Assembly: GCA_964057225.1 (NCBI GenBank)
Contig: OZ059896.1
Span: forward strand, 21,638,001 to 21,702,000
Direction of reading: 5' to 3'
Origin: Auanema rhodensis
Lineage: Eukaryota > Animalia > Nematoda
Length of the DNA: 64,000 nucleotides
The position numbers and the translations under genes are program-made. This document shows positions 1 through 11,240 of this stretch, piece by piece (positions within the stretch are counted from its first letter, which is position 1; each line of letters starts with the position of its first letter). The notes below the pieces were generated by a model that was not told the DNA's origin, searched no databases, and was given only the letters and a program-made list of their open reading frames with translations.

Positions 1-44
1 ATGTTATTCAACGAAAAAATTAATTCTTCAGGGTGAAAATCGAG

Positions 45-66
45 GATATAAGTGTGAACTTATATC
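45..66. other. Monomer dyad 1: GATATAAGT-gtga-ACTTATATC (9-bp stem; 10-bp stem in the 'gtgc' allele)
   Basis: Perfect inverted repeat read directly, present in almost every monomer. Confidence 0.9.
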
Positions 67-217
67 AGTTGATATCTCGGTGCATTTTTAAGCTAGCGCA
101 AATCTCATAACACAGATCGACGCAGCTTGAAAATCCGCATCGAATGCACTATACTATATTGAGAAACGCTTAATACAAAAATTAGTTATGATCGTTTGAA
201 AAATGATGCATTAGTGT

Positions 218-245
218 ATGTTGAGTTTCCATGTACACTCAACAT
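218..245. other. Monomer dyad 3: ATGTTGAGT-ttccatgtac-ACTCAACAT (9-bp stem, 10-nt loop)
   Basis: Perfect inverted repeat read directly. Confidence 0.9.
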
Positions 246-258
246 TGCTTCCAAAAAC

Positions 259-293
259 ATTTTGACAAAAATTTTTTCGAAAAATTTCAAAAT
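259..293. other. Monomer dyad 4: imperfect A/T palindrome centred on TTTTTCGAAAAA, within phased A/T tracts
   Basis: Perfect 12-bp palindrome at 273-284 with outer ATTTTGA/TCAAAAT arms. Confidence 0.8.
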
Positions 294-785
294 AATTTAG
301 CAAAAAGTAGATGTTTTTAGATTCCTTTTTTCAAGGCAAAGACGATGGACAATGTTATTCAACGAAAAAATTAATTCTTCAGGGTGAAAATCGAGGATAT
401 AAGTGTGAACTTATATCAGTTGATATCTCGGTGCATTTTTAAGCTAGCGCAAATCTGATAACACAGATCGACGCAGCTTGAAAATCCGCATCGAATGCAC
501 TATACTACATTGAGAAACGCTTAATACAAAAATTAGTTATGATCGTTTGAAAAATGATGCATTAGTGTATGTTGAGTTTCCATGTACACTCAACATTGCT
601 TCCAAAAACATTTTGACAAAAATTTTTTCAAAAAATTTCAAAATAATTTAGCAAAAAGTAGATGTTTTTAGATTCCTTTTTTCAAGGCAAAGACGATGGA
701 CAATGTTATTCAACGAAAAAATTAATTCTTCAGGGTGAAAATCGAGGATATAAGTGTGAACTTATATCAGTTGATATCTCGGTGC

Positions 786-836
786 ATTTTTAAGCTAGCG
801 CAAATCTGATAACACAGATCGACGCAGCTTAAAAAT
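786..836. other. Monomer dyad 2: ATTTTTAAGCT-a-GCG-caa-ATCTG-ataaca-CAGAT-cga-CGC-AGCTTAAAAAT (long interrupted stem-loop)
   Basis: An 11-bp perfect outer stem plus 3-bp and 5-bp inner stems, shown in monomer 3. An alternative GTGCATT/AATGCAC pairing is at 782-788/845-851. Confidence 0.9.
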
Positions 837-3159
837 CCGCATCGAATGCACTATACTACATTGAGAAACGCTTAATACAAAAATTAGTTATGATCGTTTG
901 AAAAATGATGCATTAGTGTATGTTGAGTTTCCATGTACACTCAACATTGCTTCCAAAAACATTTTGACAAAAATTTTTTCGAAAAATTTCAAAATAATTT
1001 AGCAAAAAGTAGATGTTTTTAGATTCCTTTTTTCAAGGCAAAGACGATGGACAATGTTATTCAACGAAAAAATTAATTCTTCAGGGTGAAAATCGAGGAT
1101 ATAAGTGTGAACTTATATCAGTTGATATCTCGGTGCATTTTTAAGCTAGCGCAAATCTCATAACACAGATCGACGCAGCTTAAAAATCCGCATCGAATGC
1201 ACTATACTACATTGAGAAACGCTTAATACAAAAATTAGTTATGATCGTTTGAAAAATGATGCCTTAGTGTATGTTGAGTTTCCATGTACACTCTACATTG
1301 CTTCCAAAAACATTTTGACAAAAATTTTTTCGAAAAATTTCAAAATAATTTAGCAAAAAGTAGATGTTTTTAGATTCCTTTCTTCAAGGCAAAGACGATG
1401 GACAATGTTATTCAACGAAAAAATTAATTCCTCAGGGTGAAAATCGAGGATATAAGTGTGAACTTATATCAGTTGATATCTCGGTGCATTTTTAAGCTAG
1501 CGCAAATCTGATAACACAGATCGACGCAGCTTAAAAATCCGCATCGAATGCACTATACTACATTGAGAAACGCTTAATACAAAAATTAGTTATGATCGTT
1601 TGAAAAATGATGCCTTAGTGTATGTTGAGTTTCCATGTACACTCAACATTGCTTCCAAAAACATTTTGACAACAATTTTTTCGAAAAATTTCAAAATAAT
1701 TTAGCAAAAAGTAGATGTTTTTAGATTCCTTTTTTTAAGGCAAAGACGATGGACAATGTTATTCAACGAAAAAATTAATTCTTCAGGGTGAAAATCGAGG
1801 ATATAAGTGTGAACTTATATCAGTTGATATCTCGGTGCATTTTTAAGCTAGCGCAAATCTGATAACACAGATCGACGCAGCTTAAAAATCCGCATCGAAT
1901 GCACTATACTACATTGAGAAACGCTTAATACAAAAATTAGTTATGATCGTTTGAAAATTGATGCATTAGTGTATGTTGAGTTTCCATGTACACTCAACAT
2001 TGCTTCCAAAAACATTTTGACAAAAATTTTTTCGAAAAATTTCAAAACAATTTAGCGAAAAGTAGATGTTTTTAGATTCCTTTCTTCAAGGCAAAGACGA
2101 TGGACAATGTTATTCAACGAAAAAATTAATTCCTCAGGGTGAAAATCGAGGATATAAGTGTGAACTTATATCAGTTGATATCTCGGTGCATTTTTAAGCT
2201 AGCGCAAATCTCATAACACAGATCGACGCAGCTTAAAAATCCGCATCGAATGCACTATACTATATTGAGAAACGCTTAATACAAAAATTAGTTATGATCG
2301 TTTGAAAAATGATGCCTTAGTGTATGTTGAGTTTCCATGTACACTCAACATTGCTTCCAAAAACATTTTGACAACAATTTTTTCGAAAAATTTCAAAATA
2401 ATTTAGCAAAAAGTAGATGTTTTTAGATTCCTTTTTTTAAGGCAAAGACGATGGACAATGTTATTCAACGAAAAAATTAATTCTTCAGGGTGAAAATCGA
2501 GGATATAAGTGTGAACTTATATCAGTTGATATCTCGGTGCATTTTTAAGCTAGCGCAAATCTCATAACACAGATCGACGCAGCTTGAAAATCCGCATCGA
2601 ATGCACTATACTATATTGAGAAACGCTTAATACAAAAATTAGTTATGATCGTTTGAAAAATGATGCATTAGTGTATGTTGAGTTTCCATGTACACTCAAC
2701 ATTGCTTCCAAAAACATTTTGACAAAAATTTTTTCGAAAAATTTCAAAATAATTTAGCAAAAAGTAGATGTTTTTAGATTCCTTTTTTCAAGGCAAAGAC
2801 GATGGACAATGTTATTCAACGAAAAAATTAATTCTTCAGGGTGAAAATCGAGGATATAAGTGTGAACTTATATCAGTTGATATCTCGGTGCATTTTTAAG
2901 CTAGCGCAAATCTGATAACACAGATCGACGCAGCTTGAAAATCCGCATCGAATGCACTATACTACATTGAGAAACGCTTAATACAAAAATTAGTTATGAT
3001 CGTTTGAAAAATGATGCATTAGTGTATGTTGAGTTTCCATGTACACTCAACATTGCTTCCAAAAACATTTTGACAAAAATTTTTTCAAAAAATTTCAAAA
3101 TAATTTAGCAAAAAGTAGATGTTTTTAGATTCCTTTTTTCAAGGCAAAGACGATGGACA

Positions 3160-6100
3160 ATGTTATTCAACGAAAAAATTAATTCTTCAGGGTGAAAATC
3201 GAGGATATAAGTGTGCACTTATATCAGTTGATATCTTGGTGCATTTTTAAGCTAGCGCAAATCTGATAACACAGATCGACGCAGCTTAAAAATCCGCATC
3301 GAATGCACTATACCACATTGAGAAACGCTTAATACAAAAATTAGTTATGATCGTTTGAAAATTGATGCCTTAGTGTATGTTGAGTTTCCATGTACACTCA
3401 ACATTGCTTCCAAAAACATTTTGACAACAATTTTTTCGAAAAATTTCAAAATAATTTAGCAAAAAGTAGATGTTTATAGATTCCATTTTTTCAAGGCAAA
3501 GACGATGGACAATGTTATTCAACGAAAAAATTAATTCTTCAGGGTGAAAATCGAGGATATAAGTGTGCACTTATATCAGTTGATATCTTGGTGCATTTTT
3601 AAGCTAGCGCAAATCTGATAACACAGATCGACGCAGCTTAAAAATCCGCATCGAATGCACTATACTACATTGAGAAACGCTTAATACAAAAATTAGTTAT
3701 GATCGTTTGAAAAATGATGCCTTAGTGTATGTTGAGTTTCCATGTACACTCAACATTGCTTCCAAAAACATTTTGACAAAAATTTTTTCGATAAGTTTCA
3801 AAATAATTTAGCAAAGAGTAGATGCTTTTAGATTCCTTTTTTTAAGGCAAAGACGATGGACAATGTTATTCAACGAAAAAATTAATTCTTCAGGGTGAAA
3901 ATCGAGGATATAAGTGTGAACTTATATCAGTTGATATCTCGGTGCATTTTTAAGCTAGCGCAAATCTGATAACACAGATCGACGCAGCTTGAAAATCCGC
4001 ATCGAATGCACTATACTACATTGAGAAACGCTTAATACAAAAATTAGTTATGATCGTTTGAAAAATGATGCATTAGTGTATGTTGAGTTTCCATGTACAC
4101 TCAACATTGCTTCCAAAAACATTTTGACAAAAATTTTTTCGAAAAATTTCAAAATAATTTAGCAAAAAGTAGATGTTTTTAGATTCCTTTTTTCAAGGCA
4201 AAGACGATGGACAATGTTATTCAACGAAAAAATTAATTCTTCAGGGTGAAAATCGAGGATATAAGTGTGAACTTATATCAGTTGATATCTCGGTGCATTT
4301 TTAAGCTAGCGCAAATCTGATAACACAGATCGACGCAGCTTGAAAATCCGCATCGAATGCACTATACTACATTGAGAAACGCTTAATACAAAAATTAGTT
4401 ATGATCGTTTGAAAAATGATGCATTAGTGTATGTTGAGTTTCCATGTACACTCAACATTGCTTCCAAAAACATTTTGACAAAAATTTTTTCAAAAAATTT
4501 CAAAATAATTTAGCAAAAAGTAGATGTTTTTAGATTCCTTTTTTCAAGGCAAAGACGATGGACAATGTTATTCAACGAAAAAATTAATTCTTCAGGGTGA
4601 AAATCGAGGATATAAGTGTGCACTTATATCAGTTGATATCTTGGTGCATTTTTAAGCTAGCGCAAATCTGATAACACAGATCGACGCAGCTTAAAAATCC
4701 GCATCGAATGCACTATACCACATTGAGAAACGCTTATTACAAAAATTAGTTATGATCGTTTGAAAATTGATGCCTTAGTGTATGTTGAGTTTCCATGTAC
4801 ACTCAACATTGCTTCCAAAAACATTTTGACAACAATTTTTTCGAAAAATTTCAAAATAATTTAGCAAAAAGTAGATGTTTATAGATTCCATTTTTTCAAG
4901 GCAAAGACGATGGACAATGTTATTCAACGAAAAAATTAATTCTTCAGGGTGAAAATCGAGGATATATGTGTGCACTTATATCAGTTGATATCTTGGTGCA
5001 TTTTTAAGCTAGCGCAAATCTGATAACACAGATCGACGCAGCTTAAAAATCCGCATCGAATGCACTATACTACATTGAGAAACGCTTAATACAAAAATTA
5101 GTTATGATCGTTTGAAAAATGATGCCTTAGTGTATGTTGAGTTTCCATGTACACTCAACATTGCTTCCAAAAACATTTTGACAAAAATTTTTTCGATAAA
5201 TTTCAAAATAATTTAGCAAAGAGTAGATGTTTTTAGATTCCTTTTTTTAAGGCAAAGACGATGGACAATGTTATTCAACGAAAAAATTAATTCTTCAGGG
5301 TGAAAATCGAGGATATAAGTGTGAACTTATATCAGTTGATATCTCGGTGCATTTTTAAGCTAGCGCAAATCTGATAACACAGATCGACGCAGCACAAAAA
5401 TCCGCATCGAATGCACTATACTACATTAAGAAACGCTTAATACAAAAATTAGTTATGATCGTTTGAAAAATGATGCCTTAGTGTATGTTGAGTTTCCATG
5501 TACACTCAACATTGCTTCCAAAAACATTTTGACAAAAATTTTTTCAAAAAATTTCAAAATAATTTAGCAAAAAGTAGATGTTTTTAGATTCCTTTTTTTA
5601 AGGCAAAGACGATGGACAATGTTATTCAACGAAAAAATTAATTCTTCAGGGTGAAAATCGAGGATATAAGTGTGAACATATATCAGTTGATATCTCGGTG
5701 CATTTTTAAGCTAGCGCAAATCTGATAACACAGATCGACGCAGCACAAAAATCCGCATCGAATGCACTATACTACATTAAGAAACGCTTAATACAAAAAT
5801 TAGTTATGATCGTTTGAAAAATGATGCATTAGTGTATGTTGAGTTTCCATGTACACTCAACATTGCTTCCAAAAACATTTTGACAAAAATTTTTTCAAAA
5901 AATTTCAAAATAATTTAGCAAAAAGTAGATGTTTTTAGATTCCTCTTTCCAAGGCAAAGACGATGGACAATGTTATTCAACGAAAAAATTAATTCTTCAG
6001 GGTGAAAATCGAGGATATAAGTGTGAACTTATATCAGTTGATATCTCGGTGCATTTTTGAGCTAGCGCAAATCTGATAACACAGATCGACGCAGCTTGAA

Positions 6101-9100
6101 AATCCGCATCGAATGCACTATACTACATTGAGAAACGCTTAATACAAAAATTAGTTATGATCGTTTGAAAAATGATGCATTAGTGTATGTTGAGTTTCCA
6201 TGTACACTCAACATTGCTTCCAAAAACATTTTGACAAAAATTTTTTCAAAAAATTTCAAAATAATTTAGCAAAAAGTAGATGTTTTTAGATTCCTTTTTT
6301 CAAGGCAAAGACGATGGACAATGTTATTCAACGAAAAAATTAATTCTTCAGGGTGAAAATCGAGGATATAAGTGTGCACTTATATCAGTTGATATCTTGG
6401 TGCATTTTTAAGCTAGCGCAAATCTGATAACACAGATCGACGCAGCTTAAAAATCCGCATCGAATGCACTATACCACATTGAGAAACGCTTAATACAAAA
6501 ATGAGTTATGATCGTTTGAAAATTGATGCATTAGTGTATGTTGAGTTTCCATGTACACTCTACATTGCTTCCAAAAACATTTTGACAAAAATTTTTTCGA
6601 AAAGTTTCAAAATAATTTAGCAAAAAGTAGATGTTTTTAGATTCCTTTTTTCAAGGCAAAGACGATGGACAATGTTATTCAACGAAAAAATTAATTCTTC
6701 AGGGTGAAAATCGAGGATATAAGTGTGAACTTATATCAGTTGATATCTCGATGCATTTTTAAGCTAGCGCAAATCTGATAACACAGATCGACGAAGCTTA
6801 AAAATCCGCATCGAATGCACTATACCACATTGAGAAACGCTTAATACAAAAATTAGTTATGATCGTTTGAAAATTGATGCCTTAGTGTATGTTGAGTTTC
6901 CATGTACACTCAACATTGCTTCCAAAAACATTTTGACAACAATTTTTTCGAAAAATTTCAAAATAATTTAGCAAAAAGTAGATGTTTATAGATTCCATTT
7001 TTTCAAAGCAAAGACGATGGACAATGTTATTCAACGAAAAAATTAATTCTTCAGGGTGAAAATCGAGGATATAAGTGTGCACTTATATCAGTTGATATCT
7101 TGGTGCATTTTTAAGCTAGCGCAAATCTGATAACACAGATCGACGCAGCTTAAAAATCCGCATCGAATGCACTATACTACATTGAGAAACGCTTAATACA
7201 AAAATTAGTTATGATCGTTTGAAAAATGATGCCTTAGTGTATGTTGAGTTTCCATGTACACTCAACATTGCTTCCAAAAACATTTTGACAAAAATTTTTT
7301 CGATAAATTTCAAAATAATTTAGCAAAGAGTAGATGTTTTTAGATTCCTTTTTTTAAGGCAAAGACGATGGACAATGTTATTCAACGAAAAAATTAATTC
7401 TTCAGGGTGAAAATCGAGGATATAAGTGTGAACTTATATCAGTTGATATCTCGGTGCATTTTTAAGCTAGCGCAAATCTGATAACACAGATCGACGCAGC
7501 TTAAAAATCCGCATCGAATGCACTATACTACATTAAGAAACGCTTAATACAAAAATTAGTTATGATCGTTTGAAAAATGATGCATTAGTGTATGTTGAGT
7601 TTCCATGTACACTCAACATTGCTTCCAAAAACATTTTGACAAAAATTTTTTCAAAAAATTTCAAAATAATTTAGCAAAAAGTAGATGTTTTTAGATTCCT
7701 TTTTTCAAGGCAAAGACGATGGACAATGTTATTCAACGAAAAAATTAATTCTTCAGGGTGAAAATCGAGGATATAAGTGTGCACTTATATCAGTTGATAT
7801 CTTGGTGCATTTTTAAGCTAGCGCAAATCTGATAACACAGATCGACGCAGCTTAAAAATCCGCATCGAATGCACTATACCACATTGAGAAACGCTTAATA
7901 CAAAAATGAGTTATGATCGTTTGAAAATTGATGCATTAGTGTATGTTGAGTTTCCATGTACACTCTACATTGCTTCCAAAAACATTTTGACAAAAATTTT
8001 TTCGAAAAGTTTCAAAATAATTTAGCAAAAAGTAGATGTTTTTAGATTCCTTTTTTCAAGGCAAAGACGATGGACAATGTTATTCAACGAAAAAATTAAT
8101 TCTTCAGGGTGAAAATCGAGGATATAAGTGTGAACTTATATCAGTTGATATCTCGATGCATTTTTAAGCTAGCGCAAATCTGATAACACAGATCGACGAA
8201 GCTTAAAAATCCGCATCGAATGCACTATACCACATTGAGAAACGCTTAATACAAAAATTAGTTATGATCGTTTGAAAATTGATGCCTTAGTGTATGTTGA
8301 GTTTCCATGTACACTCAACATTGCTTCCAAAAACATTTTGACAACAATTTTTTCGAAAAATTTCAAAATAATTTAGCAAAAAGTAGATGTTTATAGATTC
8401 CATTTTTTCAAAGCAAAGACGATGGACAATGTTATTCAACGAAAAAATTAATTCTTCAGGGTGAAAATCGAGGATATAAGTGTGCACTTATATCAGTTGA
8501 TATCTTGGTGCATTTTTAAGCTAGCGCAAATCTGATAACACAGATCGACGCAGCTTAAAAATCCGCATCGAATGCACTATACTACATTGAGAAACGCTTA
8601 ATACAAAAATTAGTTATGATCGTTTGAAAAATGATGCCTTAGTGTATGTTGAGTTTCCATGTACACTCAACATTGCTTCCAAAAACATTTTGACAAAAAT
8701 TTTTTCGATAAATTTCAAAATAATTTAGCAAAGAGTAGATGTTTTTAGATTCCTTTTTTTAAGGCAAAGACGATGGACAATGTTATTCAACGAAAAAATT
8801 AATTCTTCAGGGTGAAAATCGAGGATATAAGTGTGAACTTATATCAGTTGATATCTCGGTGCATTTTTAAGCTAGCGCAAATCTGATAACACAGATCGAC
8901 GCAGCTTAAAAATCCGCATCGAATGCACTATACTACATTAAGAAACGCTTAATACAAAAATTAGTTATGATCGTTTGAAAAATGATGCATTAGTGTATGT
9001 TGAGTTTCCATGTACACTCAACATTGCTTCCAAAAACATTTTGACAAAAATTTTTTCAAAAAATTTCAAAATAATTTAGCAAAAAGTAGATGTTTTTAGA

Positions 9101-11240
9101 TTCCTTTTTTCAAGGCAAAGACGATGGACAATGTTATTCAACGAAAAAATTAATTCTTCAGGGTGAAAATCGAGGATATAAGTGTGAACTTATATCAGTT
9201 GATATCTCGGTGCATTTTTAAGCTAGCGCAAATCTGATAACACAGATCGACGCAGCTTGAAAATCCGCATCGAATGCACTATACTACATTGAGAAACGCT
9301 TAATACAAAAATTAGTTATGATCGTTTGAAAAATGATGCATTAGTGTATGTTGAGTTTCCATGTACACTCAACATTGCTTCCAAAAACATTTTGACAAAA
9401 ATTTTTTCAAAAAATTTCAAAATAATTTAGCAAAAAGTAGATGTTTTTAGATTCCTTTTTTCAAGGCAAAGACGATGGACAATGTTATTCAACGAAAAAA
9501 TTAATTCTTCAGGGTGAAAATCGAGGATATAAGTGTGAACTTATATCAGTTGATATCTCGATGCATTTTTAAGCTAGCGCAAATCTGATAACACAGATCG
9601 ACGAAGCTTAAAAATCCGCATCGAATGCACTATACCACATTGAGAAACGCTTAATACAAAAATTAGTTATGATCGTTTGAAAATTGATGCCTTAGTGTAT
9701 GTTGAGTTTCCATGTACACTCAACATTGCTTCCAAAAACATTTTGACAACAATTTTTTCGAAAAATTTCAAAATAATTTAGCAAAAAGTAGATGTTTATA
9801 GATTCCATTTTTTCAAAGCAAAGACGATGGACAATGTTATTCAACGAAAAAATTAATTCTTCAGGGTGAAAATCGAGGATATAAGTGTGCACTTATATCA
9901 GTTGATATCTTGGTGCATTTTTAAGCTAGCGCAAATCTGATAACACAGATCGACGCAGCTTAAAAATCCGCATCGAATGCACTATACCACATTGAGAAAC
10001 GCTTAATACAAAAATGAGTTATGATCGTTTGAAAATTGATGCATTAGTGTATGTTGAGTTTCCATGTACACTCTACATTGCTTCCAAAAACATTTTGACA
10101 AAAATTTTTTCGAAAAGTTTCAAAATAATTTAGCAAAAAGTAGATGTTTTTAGATTCCTTTTTTCAAGGCAAAGACGATGGACAATGTTATTCAACGAAA
10201 AAATTAATTCTTCAGGGTGAAAATCGAGGATATAAGTGTGCACTTATATCAGTTGATATCTTGGTGCATTTTTAAGCTAGCGCAAATCTGATAACACAGA
10301 TCGACGCAGCTTAAAAATCCGCATCGAATGCACTATACCACATTGAGAAACGCTTAATACAAAAATGAGTTATGATCGTTTGAAAATTGATGCATTAGTG
10401 TATGTTGAGTTTCCATGTACACTCTACATTGCTTCCAAAAACATTTTGACAAAAATTTTTTCGAAAAGTTTCAAAATAATTTAGCAAAAAGTAGATGTTT
10501 TTAGATTCCTTTTTTCAAGGCAAAGACGATGGACAATGTTATTCAACGAAAAAATTAATTCTTCAGGGTGAAAATCGAGGATATAAGTGTGAACTTATAT
10601 CAGTTGATATCTCGATGCATTTTTAAGCTAGCGCAAATCTGATAACACAGATCGACGAAGCTTAAAAATCCGCATCGAATGCACTATACCACATTGAGAA
10701 ACGCTTAATACAAAAATTAGTTATGATCGTTTGAAAATTGATGCCTTAGTGTATGTTGAGTTTCCATGTACACTCAACATTGCTTCCAAAAACATTTTGA
10801 CAACAATTTTTTCGAAAAATTTCAAAATAATTTAGCAAAAAGTAGATGTTTATAGATTCCATTTTTTCAAAGCAAAGACGATGGACAATGTTATTCAACG
10901 AAAAAATTAATTCTTCAGGGTGAAAATCGAGGATATAAGTGTGCACTTATATCAGTTGATATCTTGGTGCATTTTTAAGCTAGCGCAAATCTGATAACAC
11001 AGATCGACGCAGCTTAAAAATCCGCATCGAATGCACTATACTACATTGAGAAACGCTTAATACAAAAATTAGTTATGATCGTTTGAAAAATGATGCCTTA
11101 GTGTATGTTGAGTTTCCATGTACACTCAACATTGCTTCCAAAAACATTTTGACAAAAATTTTTTCGATAAATTTCAAAATAATTTAGCAAAGAGTAGATG
11201 TTTTTAGATTCCTTTTTTTAAGGCAAAGACGATGGACAAT
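3160..11240 (+). repeat. HOR domain marked by a 352-bp variant monomer (+A insertion), mostly 4-mer spacing
   Basis: The marked monomers recur at spacings of 1405, 2107, 1405, 1405 and 1054 bp (the same spacings as the 66-aa ORF copies). Domain edges are approximate. Confidence 0.8.

Larger units (their letters stand above)
1..351 (+). repeat. Representative satellite monomer (351 bp, about 31% GC, 12 CpG)
   Basis: Hand count of the first monomer gives 53 C + 57 G of 351. Confidence 0.95.

Noticed and set aside
1-20. CENP-B box-like motif (minus strand TTTCGTTGAATAACAT)
   Set aside because: It matches only the TTCG....A half of NTTCGNNNNANNCGGGN and lacks the essential CGGG.
1-351. Tandem 5S rRNA, tRNA, snRNA or spliced-leader gene array
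   Set aside because: The unit size is compatible, but I recognise no 5S, tRNA or snRNA sequence or Pol III internal promoter boxes. An Rfam/Infernal scan would be decisive.
1-351. Assignment to a named ~350-360 bp satellite family (e.g. Tribolium, Pimelia or Drosophila 1.688 types)
   Set aside because: The similarity is in length and AT content only. I cannot confirm sequence homology without a database search.
3370-10946. Six copies of a 66-aa minus-strand ORF (MHTYILDF...)
   Set aside because: They lie wholly inside the satellite monomer, start at GTG, are open only in monomers with the 1-bp insertion, and show no recognisable domain. They are by-products of the repeat.
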